Source: Daphnia carinata
Taxonomy: Eukaryota
Reading direction: 5' to 3'
Assembly (NCBI RefSeq): GCF_022539665.2
Contig: NC_081334.1
Location: forward strand, 868,001-932,000
Length of the DNA: 64,000 nt
How positions within the stretch are numbered: position 1 is the stretch's first letter; each line of letters begins with the position of its first letter. The position numbers were made by a program, and so were the translations under genes. A model generated the notes under the pieces. It was not told the DNA's origin. It searched no databases and was given only the letters and a program-made list of their open reading frames with translations. This document shows, one piece after another, positions 21,201 through 36,200 of the stretch.

Positions 21201-24200
21201 GATGTAGGAGGCTTCCTGACTTGTGGCATCAGTGCCAGAAATATCATTCTGGTCCAGTTGCAGTAAAGCCTCCCATTCGTCTTTCAGTCGAACTGTTTCG
21301 CGTTGAATGCCATGTAGAATATGAGTACATACTTGGCGTTGCAAATGAGTCAACTTCTTGCCACTGAACAATATTCCAACCTAATTACAAATTTAAATGA
21401 ATTAAACCATTAATCAAAAATTTTCCCGTCAGCCAACGTGTGAGTAAGTGCTGTTGACGTAGTGGTAAAACTAAAGCATATTATAAAAACAATCACGTCA
21501 GTTACTTTCACGAAGGCAACAATGTTTTGTACCTGTTGTATCGTCATGAAAATGTTAGAATTTATTACGTACCATATGCTCTTTCAGATCGATATCCCGA
21601 GTCCTCTCAACTATTTCCCCGTCTACCTCGTCCTCATTGGGTAAAAGCTCAGTGGAACGTGACGTTGATTCGTCTCTTTCGTTCAAAATCAATCGGCCAA
21701 ATACCTGTGCATTGCAAAAGCAATTCAAATTATTATACGTGACTGCTAAACTTCTTTATGATTCTTCCAAAATCCCACCTGTGAGGTTAATAAACGGAAT
21801 ACTCTGAGTGTTTCCGTTTCGCAGGTACGTTGGTGGATGGCTGAGGCATTGAAGGATCGAGTAATGCCTCCACCGAGCAAACGCAATTGGCGAACACGTA
21901 AGGAATTATCCGGCCCTTTAAACTCAAGCTGGATGATTTGGAAATTGGTACCTATAAAAAAAATAAATAAATCCATAACGAACTCTTGGCTACTGCCACC
22001 AGTATTTCAGAAGAAATGTTTACAGGGCAGAGAACTTTGAAGCCATCCAGAAAATCGGGTTTCGACTTCCAGGGCGTCCACAATTTGCAGCTCCTCCGCG
22101 TTGGGTCCCGCTTTGAAAGTCACCCCAGAAACTTTGTTCTAAAAACAAATGTGCGTCCGTGAGTTACAGTGAAGCAGACCAAAAGTACAATAAAATATAT
22201 TAGTTAGAAAATAAAAACTTACCCCCATATCTCGACCATTATCTATATAAACGCATACGATACGAGGTGGAAATCCAGCCGCTTCAGGACAAATCTGGAT
22301 TGTTATTAGCTTCATTTTGCCTCGATCTTCGTCGCTAGATTCCCAGAAGGTTTCGGTCGAGCCATCTGTCAAGCTGTTGACCATAGCTGTCCGGCTGGAC
22401 ACTTTGATGTCTACGCCTTCTGTTACCTCCGTTAACATGGTCACGTGTCCTGGCGAATGCACTGCACTATTTTCCAAAGCTTCGATATCGACAGCGACTT
22501 CCTCTTCGCAACGAGAAAGAATTCGGCTGATGTTGCTAAATACGTGACTCCTTAAAAAACAAAACGTCATTGAGATACTTCCTTTCTATTATCGACATTT
22601 ACGATTTTACTTGTGGAGAAACGCGTGGTCTGTTTGCTTGAACCGAATATCCCAACAGCGGACCGCCATGGCGAGCAACGGAGTACCCATGGGGAGTAGT
22701 TGCATAAGGTTGGAAACTGTTTGTAAGACACTGTGGAACGACTGCAGTAATGGAGATAATCCTTCTCCTGCTAAACGGACATCTGAAGTGGGATGCTGAC
22801 CAACCAGATTGTCCCTGTTGGTCGCTCCGTCAGCTCCAACCATCTCGCCTTTATTGTTGCTCACTTCGGATGCCAAGGTCGGGGCAAGGGATGACACAAA
22901 CCACCATAAGAGGTCATGTAGGCACATGGGCTGGGCAACATTTTGTAGTAGCCAAGACAAGTTCTATTGGGTAAAAAAAAATTTATATTATCTAAATTTT
23001 TTTTTTCAAGTGATGAACGTTTTTTCAAAATTGCACAAACCTCCATGGCGAAGACTCGACAAGAAGCTTTCCGCAGTGCCAGCTCCATGGAAGTCCGCAG
23101 AGCATCAAGATCGTGACGCTGAGCAACGAAATCTAAAACCGGCAGTGTTGCTTCCGTTGACGTTTGGCTAGGTGAGGCTGACATTAATTTCACAGTGTCT
23201 TGCAGTGCCTTCGAGGGCGAACGTAACAAGGTCAAGCCGCCATTGATTCCTTGCTCATCGGCGCTGCTCGTTCGCCTCCGCTGCGATACTCCGCTTATTG
23301 GACCGTCCGTGTCTTGCGATGTTCTCAAGTGTTGGGCGAGCGGCTGTGTAATCATAGAGACCGATCGATGTAGCTGCCTTCCGAAACCATCAGAAACTTC
23401 CTTCAATCCTCGGAAAGGATCCATCTTTAAAACAAAAGTCGTCAGAATGCCCAATTGCAAAATCATATTGCTAGTTAAACTCTTCATACTTCTATTTCTC
23501 CATCTCCAAAGTTGTTTTCACTGGTGGGTAGGTGGGGGCTGCACCCCGATTTGAGAACGGGGAGACATTGAAACTGGAGCCACGGCAAAACATCACCCGA
23601 CGCTTGGTACCCGGTCTGAAAGTGCAGCAAAGATATAAACAGAAATGTTATGTTATTTATTAATAACGAGACAAAGATCCCTTACCTTAGTCGGTAAGGC
23701 TGAGATTTTGCGATGTGGCAAATCCTTATCGCTTTCGGAGACTGAGCTAAGTAACGGTTGATGCATGAGACTCCTCCTTCTTCGTTCCAGGATATGTTGA
23801 TTTTTTTCAGGGTTAGACGAGGTAGCTAATTGCAACAGGAAAAAAGCGTTGTCTCTGAGGATCACGTGCGTCTCCGATGGTGTCGACGGCCGTAGAAGTT
23901 GGGATGCCGGCGTAGGGGTTGTGGCAGAAGATATCTTTCTTCTTAATCGCTTCCCTTTGTCATCTTTGATGCCAAACGCTTCACCCACTTGCTTCCGCTG
24001 TTGCAGGTAGCGATGTCTACAATCCTCGCACAGCAAATACCACGAACTTCCCTAATGAACAGACATTTATGCATTTAAAAAAATGGAACGGAATTATATC
24101 AATAGTGAGCATGGTACTGTCCTACCTGTATACCGCCTTCACCACAGTTCCCTACCCAGCCTCCACAATACTGTCCATCGGGGTTGTAGCCCAAGCCAAG

Positions 24201-27200
24201 CGCTGGCTTTTGACAACCCGGATGAGCTTGACGCATGTGAGCTGTGACGGGGACAGGAAACAGGCCGCCACATAGTTCACAGTTAGATTCCGGATTCCGG
24301 ATGCTCTCTCTCCGCGATTTTCGTTTCCTTTCTTTATCCCGGGCATCCCGGCTCTCTGTTTTCGGTTTACACTTAACCACGCTCTCTGTCTGTGATTGGG
24401 GAAGACACGGAACAGAAGATAACGTGGCTGGCTCTGACTGAATCAATTCCATGCAGCGTGCGCTCATCTTTTCCCAAAGTTCGACCAGGAGGCTTAAGGT
24501 TGGTGTCAGCGAGGCAGCCATTTTGCTTTCAGACATGTCAGGTTCCAGTGGCTGGCTGGTGGTCGATTCCACTCGATCGGTGTTCCAACTCTCTTCTAGC
24601 GCCACCGGCAAGGGAGAGGCAAAAGATCCCGCCAGTATGTTAGTTGAAAATATTTCAACTGAATGCCGTTGGCGGGCTTTCTCCTCTCGCGTCTTGCGGT
24701 GTCCAGTGTCTGCCCCTGGTGGCATGATTGGATCCACTTGCTTGGGTAAATTGGGATGAAATTTGAGGAAAGATGCGCAAACCATCGCATCGTGAACCAA
24801 TCCTTGATGCCACAAATTAGCAGCGAAAACGGCACGGAGGCATTCGGCTGTCGAAGGACTCATGCCAACACGAGCAGTTTCTTGTTCCAGCATCAGCGAT
24901 CGTCCAGTTATGTGCTGACCGGTAGCCGGTGATCGTGATTTACGACTCCTTGTTCCGCCTCGCGACGATCGCTCTTTCGCTCGTAATGCTTTCGGTGACA
25001 TGCGCTGAGGTGAGTGGGGTAAGTCAGATACTAAATCAGCACACGCATTAAAATGATTGGTTTTGCTGGCTTCCGGACTTGTCTGCGTCCCTGTTTGTGT
25101 AACCTTCTTAGTCTGTCGTAAAAATAAGGAGAGAAACAATTAAGGACTAACAAATAACAGACTGAATTAAAGTGGTGGTAAAATACCATAACTGCGACAG
25201 CAACTTGATCTGAGCTTATTGGTATTTGGGTGGCGGGACTCAAACTCCTACTACGTTGCGCAGTTTCTGATTTAAAAAAAAGAAGACGATCGGAAATTTG
25301 TTACCATGTTTTTACCTTTCAAAACAAAGAGTTTACCTGAACAGATAGCGGATCCGGAAGGTCTAGAACCACCTGGTGAGGAGTGAGCTGATAGAGAGCG
25401 ATTTACTACAGCAACGGCGCCCGTTTTCCGACTAAGGATTGGGCTAGATGTAGGCGATGAATTGCCATTGGCTCGACTCTCGCCCATAACGCGAACCATG
25501 TCTTTCACCGATACTCCTTGTAATTCCGGAGGAAGGTCCCTAATAAAAACAAATGTATTGGCAACATCTAAGTCAAGTGCTAAATTAAACCAAATTACCT
25601 GGAACGCGGTGGTGGATTAGGCGCCTCCTTAACCGATGACCCGTCCCGCCGTAACCAGTTTTGGAAAGCAGAGAGTCGTCCAACGGCAACAGCTGCAAAA
25701 GGACCGCAAGATCCTGCTAAAGCTCTCGCATCTTCAATACTAGACTCCAACGATGATTTCTATCGATAAAGCAGTTTGCAAAATGTAATTTAATTCCATG
25801 ACTGATGAGAACGTGTTGGCCTACCTGAACGGTGTGCCCTGTTGCTGTTGGTTCGGGTGCATCATCCTTTGGCGTTTGGCCGATCTCATTTTTCGGCGGA
25901 GACACGGGCAAAGTAGTGCGAGGAAAGTCAGGATCTTTATCGATTCCAAAAATGAAAGTGCTAACGGGTTCTGGAGAGGAAAAGGCTGACAGATTGGCCT
26001 GCTTCTCTGCACTCTCGCTGAAATCATACGCTGGTTTGAGTAATCGTGTGGGACTATATTTATCCGAGCCAGCTGAAACTAACGAAATTACATTTATATT
26101 GTCGCTTTGAAGGAACGCTGAATAGAAGATTTGGTTCACTACCTGAAAGGACTTCGTCTTCATGACGAAGGTAAACTATTTGATGACGATCAATAGCCAA
26201 TGACCAAGCTTCAAGATCGTTATTCGAACAGTACTGGCGTGCTGATGATGGTAAGAGCTTGATCCATGTTCCCTCGGCAGTCGGTCTCTGTAACATTAGT
26301 ACAAAAGGACGTTGATAATGCGGTCTTAATTCATATGTTGCTTACTGCGTACCTGTTCGGTAACTAAAACTGAGCTACCGAGTTTCAACTTTCCGACAGG
26401 CAGAGCTTTCAAACTGGGCTGTGCTCGGATGTTATGGCCGGAAGCACCACAGTCGACCACGTAGAAGGTTTGCGCCGTGCTGTATACTATTTCCTCTTTT
26501 TTATTGCTACGGGTTGCAAAGCATTTGGACGTTAGCAAGAAGAAGAAACAGAAGGCAAAAAAAGTGCCAATACCTCTCCATTTTATTCGGTTTTTGATTT
26601 GGCGATAGGTCTTCGCCAGTTTCATTTGTTCCATTCTGGGTTGTATTAATGGGGAAAAGCAGGGTTTTGCCAATGTGCTGGTTGTACTGGAGACACCAAG
26701 CTTCGGAATGTTGATTGATACACCATTCTCTAATCGACTCCGTGCTCAAGCGCAACCAAGTTCCGTCGTCATTACACAGCTAAAAACGATCGTAATAAAA
26801 ACACAAGAAAACAGTTGTAATAAAATAATTCTAAGGTAATGTAAAGTATGCTTTTTTAACGATACCTCTTCGATGAACGAGACTGTCCCATTGCAGGCTA
26901 CAATTCCAATTTGCTCCCCTTGAAGAGAAGGCTGGGCTCGTATGCGCAGGCCAGCGCTAGCCCGAGTTCGAAACTGACGAACGCGATGGGACGACGAAGA
27001 GTTGTTTCGAACTGTGATATTGTGAGTCGGAGGCAGTACTCCTTGCGGTGGCTCCTTTACGTCTACCTTGTAAACATCTTCCAGTGGGTAATCGTCAATG
27101 GTAACATGGATGGAATAGAGTCCGGCAGCACTGGGTGTCCAATTTGCACTGTAAGAACCATCGGCATTGGGACGGACCAACATCGTCTCACTGGTTCTTC

Positions 27201-30200
27201 GTTTGATCGGGGAGACAAACCGTAGTTCCTCGAAGGAGTAATTCTCGTACGCCTATGAAAGGATTTCTCCTTCAGAAGAATGTAATGGAATTTATTCGTT
27301 GAACCGGACTAACTTTAAGGAAAGTGATGGCATGAAGGCACATCCGATCTTTGGTGGTAACATCATAGGGTACGTCAAGAACAGGGGGCTCGAGTTCTTC
27401 ACCAGCAGCTTTCCTGTCCCCTGGATTGAGACGCTTGGTAGGTGACAGTGAGTTATCTTTGCTTGCCTGGCTCAGGTCACATGGTACCGCCCGAATGTTT
27501 ACCTACACGCGAAAAATTAATAGTCAAATCAATGTGCTACAATGATAATAAAATATTTCGCAAAACTATAGTGTACCTTTAGATTGGGCACGTGAACAAG
27601 ATGACCGTATTGATCTCGGGTAAGTAAAGTTAAAATTGCAGGCCATCCGGCGCGTAACCCTTCACTAACTACTGTCGTTGTGGATGGCGCCACTGCCGAA
27701 ATTTCAGAGGTACTTTCTTCATCTTCTTCATCTAGACAAAGAAAAGATGTCCATCGATGAACCAAATAAATTATTTTATCAACTAAAAAGCAATGGTTAG
27801 ATGATTACCTTTATCAATGGTCTTAACGGGTGATTTGAAACCCACAATTCCAAGAGGAGCACTACTGGAAACTCCAAATGTAGCCAAGCTGGCCGAGAAG
27901 ACGCCTGGAAAGATAAGTTGCGATTTGGATGGATCGACAACCGACTCCGGCTGGAGCCAACGGGCTAACCGACCACCACTGGTTTCCTGCGAAACGCTCA
28001 CAAAATCCCGCAGAAATTGCCTTTCTTTTCCGGTAACACTACAATGAATCACATTGAATTATAACAGGTTGCTCACTTTAACTTCGCTGGACAAAGGAAT
28101 TAATCCATCTGCTTTTGTAAGGAAAGAGAAGATGACACATACACACACCTAAAAGGTAGGTTGCCTTCCAGTGCTTCGTAGATGGTTGGCAACTGCGAGA
28201 GGGCCAACCCTTTGCCTAAGAGACCGCTATGCGCTGCGTAGATTTGTTGTGTAACATATTCCATGGACTCGACGTCCATGTCTTCGCCTATAATTAAATG
28301 GGAATAAATCTTTATTCTCTACTAATTCAAGTGTGGTTGCATGGGAAAACGGTCCATTACCTCTTGACTGAGGTAATGCGAGATCTCTTTTCATTAGGGT
28401 AGCCGAGCACATCCCGCCAAGGTATGCTAATTCAGTTTCTAATAAACGAATGGCATTATTTGTCTCCAATGACTCGTATCCAACTACCGAACAGCGAAAG
28501 CCCCAAGAAGAAGCTTTGTCATTACGGATGCAATCCGACGCTGTCTCCAGGGAAAATATCACTTCATTGCCTGTACCAAACATAGTTTAATGATAAAAGG
28601 ATGCAAAAAAAAAAAAAAAATAATAATAAAAAAAAAGCTGCGATAAAATTTCCCATCAAAACTATTACCTGGCAAGATCATGGAATGAGAGGGCCAATTA
28701 TCAGTTCCCCCGAATTTTTTCAAAACGGGCCAATAGTCGGCCAGTGAAACATTTGCATGACTCTTAGGAAGAGTAGTTGGTAAATGGAGTTGAAGCGAAT
28801 CTTCGGCTTGGCTGGTGCAACACTGACTGTCAAATTCCAAGCACATCCAACGAACGCTCTCCGGAAAACACACGCTAAAGTGGGGTAAAAAGAAAGTTAT
28901 TCGTTAGCTAACCAAAGTATTAAGGTGGCACTTTTACCGGAAATGAGACACTGTTGCGGGTCGATAAGGATGTTCGCTCTCGACGACAACTATTCTTGGC
29001 GATGTTGTTATACAAGGGTCTTCGTCGGGAGCATTTCCTCCCTTTTGGGACGACAGAATATCGGCCAAGCAAAGGGCAGAAACGTGGGGCAGCAAGACTC
29101 GAATCAGCTCAAGAATTTGTACGGCATTCTGTGAAGAGCAGGTGGCGTCATATACAATGGATTAAGAAGAGTGAGTATCGCAATACGAAAATAGGAATGA
29201 GTTTACCTTTGGATCGGATTCGGCCACAACACCAATGTTGGCTACGACAAAGGGCAACAAATACGAAACGACGTGGGATTTGCAAATAACGGGTAGACTG
29301 TGATGGATGGGTAACGCACGAGCTGCGCACAACAAATCAGCTGTGCAACGAACAATCGAACTTGCTATAGACATGAGGCTTTTCCGTGCTTGGCTTCCAA
29401 TGGCTGATAAGGTGGGTAACTGAACTTCTGAGTTATTTGGCATGCTGCAAATCAAGTAAAGACACATGAAATCAATTTTGAACTCTAAATTCCATGTCTA
29501 TAGAAGTGTGCACTCACTTGCAATAGAGAATGTAAGGTAACTGGCCACGAATGTGATTCGTTCCATTAAAACTGAGTAGGCACGCCGAGAAATTGAAAGT
29601 GGTGCCATCCGGCCCTTTAGTTGCGAGAACGCCTCCATCACCATTGTGCGTCTTTCCTCCTTGGTTGCGAAGTCGCAACGTATAACGGGTGTTTTCCTGT
29701 GTAATTGAATGTAACCTTGGTTAGAAACAAGTAAAGCCAAAGAAGGGCACAAATTTACTTTGATGGGAATAGGCCGGTCAAATTTGATATCTGCAACATC
29801 ATTTATGCAATCTTCTGGTCCATAGGTGCCGCGTATTACAGCCAAACTATGCCAGCTGAGTGTTTGAGCAGCATCACTGGCACTTCGGATCTAGAACAAA
29901 AATACAATTAAACAAATAATAATTGATTTCCGAAGATCAGGGGAAAAAACTTTACCAGTTCGAGCAACTCCAGTTCGTACGTATACGTGCCTCCACCGCC
30001 AAACACTCCTGCACCGCACACGCTTACGTTTGGTCGGTCTACAGTAAAGCAAATGGCGTCCGGTGAACCATTACCCGTGTTCCATGACCTATTCTGACTG
30101 GTGCTTGAGAAACGGGATGGAGTAGCGTGGACTCCGCGCGTTGCACTAACATCTAACTCCTAGTAATTGCAAATGCATGAAAGTCACATGTTGATATAGG

Positions 30201-33200
30201 TCACACTCACTTCGCCAAACTTACTTCAACCGAACACACTTGGGAAGCCAATTCCGCCACAACACGCGCCAAGAGTCGACATGAATACTGGACTAGCTTG
30301 TCCGACCAGACGGTAGGTTCCATATCGAGCGATTGACGCACTGGCCAGGAGGCTATTAGAAATAATCGATCCAGAACTGCCCGACAAGGCCGGTGCACGA
30401 CAGATTGACCCTCTACCTAAAGGAGTGTTATAAAAATTATGATTATCAACCACTATCAACGGCGAGAAAGGACTAATTTACCATGTGTTCAACAAGAACT
30501 GGAAATTGGTTGGAGTTCACCGGAAGCTGAGTTGGGCTGGTTGATCCATTTTCCGACGGACTGCTGAGGCAGGGGGCACCTTCCATATCAGGGGATTGGT
30601 ACGCTCGCCGTACATGAAGCGACTCTTGCAAATCGCACAAGTTAGGTAGAGCAGATTTAAGCTGTATATTGGGGCTACACAACGAATCTACTACCGCAGC
30701 CAATAGCCTATCACTGCCAGAGGTAGCGTTAGCAACCTAAAAAATTGATAACAGTTTCGTTCATCGACCCTACGCGACATAACCTGCAAGTTGCAATACT
30801 TACTTTTTGGATTTGGTCAAGCAATTCGCACAGGATGGACCATTTTAACGTTGCTGTTGGGTAGAAGACGTGAAAACAAGCTACAAAAGAATCGTGGGTT
30901 TCTTTAACAATTTGCTCCAACATGAATAAATACGTAGAATCTGTAACAAGTAAAAAAATTGGATAATGTTAAGATTTTCAATTAACTGCACGGAGTGAAA
31001 CATCAACTAAACTGAACGAAGACTAACCTGTTTTGTTAACTAAGTCGAGAACAGGGTCACTGAGTATCGACCTCAAAGTGGTACGCACGTTAACAATTGC
31101 TTTGACGACAGAGACATTCTCCTCCAACAGTTTTTTGGAATGTTTACCTGTAAACGAGCAACAATTAACTGAATATGTTTTACTCGAGGTAGGAAAATAT
31201 GAAATTGACGGTACTTTTCACCGGATATAACTCGAGAATGTAAAAGCGAATAAGCCGCATCGAAGCACGGCAAACGAATACGATGCGCGAGAGGTCCTCA
31301 ATATGAGCATGGTCTCCTTTATTGTTCGCTTCATGCTCACTTAGGCCAATTGTTGTTATCGCCTTTAACGCTGACCAGGCCCACCGAGTCAAACTGAGCA
31401 AGGCCGTAAAGCAATCCTATGGCGAAAAAAAAAGGAACATGGAAAAAGTTGGCAAGGCCTTTTTCATCGGTCCTTTTGTTTTACCGGAGTGACTAGTTTA
31501 GAGAAGTTGTTGCTAATGGAATGCACAGGTTCAATATGAGTATGCGTCTTCGATGACGGGGCATCGTGAGTAATGACGCGAAACAGGATTTGAGGCACTT
31601 GGCCAGCATTCACGTCTGTCCCATTGTTTGATTTCTTTGAAGGTTTAAATGTGAAAGTCACTCTAATTGGGAATGAAACGATATAAATAGAATGGTAATT
31701 AAACAATCCTCTGCATAATCAAAATGTTCAATAAACTTACTGGTCTTCAGTGGTAACTGAGCTTTGACCACCGGATCCGCAATCGCTAGAAGGTCCATTG
31801 ACACGGGCCCATGCAAGGTACCAACGATTGGCTTGCAGACGGACTGGCTGGGAAAACAGAATAGGAAAACGTTGACGAGCTCCACATTCGTATACGACTT
31901 CATCGGTTTCTGCAAGCAATTCACCGTCCCCTTCTTGATCGCCCCCAGCTGATCCCAAATCGAAAACCTGGAAAAATGTTTAAGATGACATCTGGTTGAA
32001 CTACGGTTGATGGAAATTATAAACAAGTATTACTTTAATTTTGCCCATATATTCACCGCGACCCCCAAACAGGGAGAATCCACCAAGAAGAATGTCGGTA
32101 TCGGACATAAACCGGATAGCTTCAACTGAGTGGCCCGAGTAGCCCCAACCCCCTCCATGGCCTGGAGATGAATAAAATGAAAGTTTACGTTAAATTAATC
32201 CAAAACGACAAAGGAACATCAAATAGTTGTTGAACTAACTTTCAAATCGATTGACCACTGAAAAATCTTCTTTAGTGTAACAGCGGTTGACCAGCGTTTT
32301 TTGCGTGTCCTGGTTCGCTGCTTCCTTAACAGGGATTTGCTGGCAGCGCGTTAGAGTATCGAGGCAGCAAAGCAGGTGAAGCGCAGCTTGTGTCTGCGTT
32401 ATTTTTGTAGAAGAAACCACTGGCAGGGAAAGTGCGGGTCGAAATATGTCAGCAACATGAACTGGTTCACGTTCATTCAGCACTGGAAACAAGGACTCGC
32501 CGTAGGACGGATGGGTAAGTCCCGATGCAAACACGTTGTAACCTCGCATTACCGACGTCGATTTGCAGAAACTGAACGTTTAAATCGAAAGCATAACACA
32601 CTGCATTCAAATACATTTTAGCAGAGTTTTAACGTACCTCCATAGCATGTTATACACCGGGTCCCAAGTGAGAATGGTGTTGGCAAAATTGACTTGCTCC
32701 TGTCCAGAAAAGCTACGGCATTGCCCATCACTTCTGCTGATGACTAAGTTGCGTGACGACGACTTTGAGTGTGTGGGCAAAATGGCTATTAGGAAATCAA
32801 TCTTAGTAAAACCAGTACAATGGCTAACTGAAAATTTGCCGAACCAAAATATTGATCCGAGGCTAAGACTGTTGAATGATGGAACTCGGTTTCGCTGATA
32901 AGACTTTCTTCTAGCTTGAAAAAGGTCTGGTCTCCTGATGCCCCAATCCAGGACGCCCTCTTCCCGCATTTGGGTCCGATTCGGGTGACGAAACCTGGTA
33001 TGGAATGCCAAATGATTGGCGAAGCGCTGCACTGATTCGAATCCGACGCATCCCTCGCCAACTGCCCCTTCTGGAATGCCAACAGACAATTAATAGTACA
33101 AAACATCGCAAACTGATCTGATTTGTCAATCATTTACCAAATGCGCTCCCCAAGTGAGCACATCGCCGTCACTCGTCAATACGGCTGTATGATAACTCCC

Positions 33201-36200
33201 AGCAGCTATCATGGAAATATTTGATCCAGACGGAATTTTCACTAGCGTCGGCGAACCCCGCGAAGAAAGGTCTCCAACACCCAATTGCCCATAACTGTTG
33301 CTGCCGAAAGTGTATACCTGCCCATCAGTTGTCAAAAGGACTATAATCGGTAAAATAGAGGTCAAAGATTTAGATAATTATTCCGCATATCAACAGTGGT
33401 AAAATAGAGAAGTATGTAACCTGAATGGTGCAATCCGCAAGCAACTTGAGATATGCGTGCTTTGCTGGGCAAACTAATTGAGCCAGGCGAGAGTGAAGCT
33501 AGTTTATTAGTATCACGGTCGCCATCGCTTCCTAATACCCCGTCCGTGCCATCTGAAATTTTCCAGAAAATACAAACGGATAAAATTACAATTAACTTAT
33601 ATCACATAAAAGTAGGCAACTTACTCTTCTGTATCTGGCCGGCAGGTACTTTCTTAGCCTCCCAGCCCCTTGAGGCTTCACGATTGACCATGGCCACTTT
33701 GACTTCCGAAGGATGACGCCGCCGATGATGTCGATGGCGACGATTTCCATCAAGGGCAACGTCGGCATTCAATGCTATTAAAATTCGATTTAGTTCGTGT
33801 CGAAGAATACATGGCCTTAAGTAAAACGATGATGGAAATGGAGATCACATTTACGACGATTACTATGTACATTTAAAAATCACGCCATTAAGTTCTTAGC
33901 AGGCTAATGCATGTTTTTTGCGTACGGTCGGGATAGTAATGCACGATGTTGGAATACAGTTCAAAACACGTGAGGGAGCTAAAACGGAGAACGGTAGAGG
34001 TCGATGGAGAAAGACGGGTTAACAGAACGATTGCAAACTCCTACCGTGCTATACTGTTCAGCACAACACGGTAAAAATGGACGACAAGAAAAGCCAAATT
34101 GAGAAGCTTCACGACATGAATGTGCATTCTTTCCCAATATTTTAAAGAAGCAAAAGGAAGCAACGTAGAAAAGGTCTAAATTTCGGACCAGATATTGTGA
34201 ATCGTATCGGCTTATGGACCAATTCCATTAACTCGATGCCGCTTAGGCTTTTTACATATCTCACCTATTATTGCATCACGCATTTTCGGATCATCATTTC
34301 CTCTTCCATCAATCCTTGGAGCATGGAAATTGGCTACATCCACCAGTGCAGCATTGGGAAATGCTTCAAGGGGCGCGCGAACGAAACGACCCATTAGCAA
34401 AGCATTGTTACCTGCCATGGGACTGGCTCTCCCGCACGCCAAAGAAAGGATAGGAACAGGGGCGGGTGGCAAACCTATAGCATCGTTATTCGGAATTCGT
34501 GCGCACGTTCGACAAACTCCACATACGGTACAACCAGCTTCGCCAGAGCCACACCCGCAAAATGTTCCAGGTAATCTACCCGGGCTGTTCGTGTTGACGC
34601 ACGTAGATCCGAAACCCTGCGTTAGTGGAATGGATTCATAAAGATCACCGAAAAACAATTGACCCATCAATGAATAATTTACCGTGCATTGGCCACATTG
34701 TGTGCAGATCATGCACTGATCCACGCTCCAGCGATGTTCTTCCGGCGCACATAACTTCGTTTCGATAGCTGAACCACTATCTTCTGATTCCACTTCATCG
34801 TCCAGCGGTTCTTTGCAGCCAGCCAACAAAGCTGCTGCTTGTAAGCTAGCAGTGTTTCCAAACTGTTTAGATTGTGGCACGGATGATGAAGACAAATCGC
34901 GTCCGCACTGTCCTTTGTTATTTATCCCGAAAGTATAAACACCTCCTTTGTCAGTAAGAATGACTCCATGAGCTTTTCCCAGCGCTACTTTGACAATGCG
35001 CTCTTTGATGCCCAGCAGCCGTCCTGTGAAGGATGATTTAGGTTACAATATGAAAACAACTAAAGACAGGAAAGAAATGCCTGTAGCTGAATCGCAGTAC
35101 GTGGAGTCCTTGCCAAACAGGTAAAGTTCGCCGTCTTTTGTGACCATAGCAGAGCTGCCATTGTTGCACGCAATATCAATCACTGGTTTCCCTTCGACGG
35201 ACGTAAAGCGTTTTGGTCGACTCGATTTTTGCTGTCTTCGATGTTTAGCTGATAAGAACGTACAGAAATTAAAATTGTATAAGTAAAATTTTTGTTTAAA
35301 TCATACAACTCCAAGTCGAAAACCTACTTAAATCGCCGTCTTCACCCCGTTTGGCCAATCCAGTGAAAAATGGAACACCATCAGCATCTAAAAAAACAGC
35401 ATGCTGCCCATCATGGCCAGCGGCGCAGCGAACAATTGATGAGCTTTTAGGAATAGGAAGCTCATACCAACGGTTCGACGTATGTTCTATGTTGCGCACT
35501 GATTCCCCACTTTTTAATCCCAATGATGAGGCTTTGCCTTGATAAGACACCTATAGCCGACATGAAAAATTATTAATGAATTCTCGTATGAATGCAACAT
35601 TATCGGATTGGCGAAAGGTAATACTTTTCCTGTTGTTGAAACCATGAGGAGGAATTCCTTTCCAGCTATAATGCTAACAAGCCCCTCATCCGCAGGAAAA
35701 CTGATTTGACGCAGATCACTGTTTTCGTCATTTGTTGAAGCTCCCACAACGTAGAGACTCTGAAGAGCTAACCTCAGTCTACTCTCTCCGGATGAAAACA
35801 ATTCTCCTTTATTGATTTCAAACAATGAAGCCTGAAGTTCATCCTGTAGGAGGGTTTAAAATATAAAGGCATATGATAAATTTCCCTGTATAATCTTGGA
35901 CAATTTATCTCACTTCATCAGTTTTGAAGACGCTCCCGAGACGTTTTCCGTCAGAAAATAATACAGAAGGTGTGCTGACAACATCTTGTAGAGATATGTA
36001 ACTTTTCAGGGCCAAAGTTTCTTTATCGACTATATGAAGATTTCGATCATTTTTGATGGTATGAATAAACAGTTGGCCCTTACAATAAAAAGAAAAAAAA
36101 TATATATGACAATATACTCAAATACTTTTTTAAACTATTTATATATACGTCGAAGAAAAGTAAAATCCCTTCACTACTTGTGAAGCTTTTTTTGCTGGTG

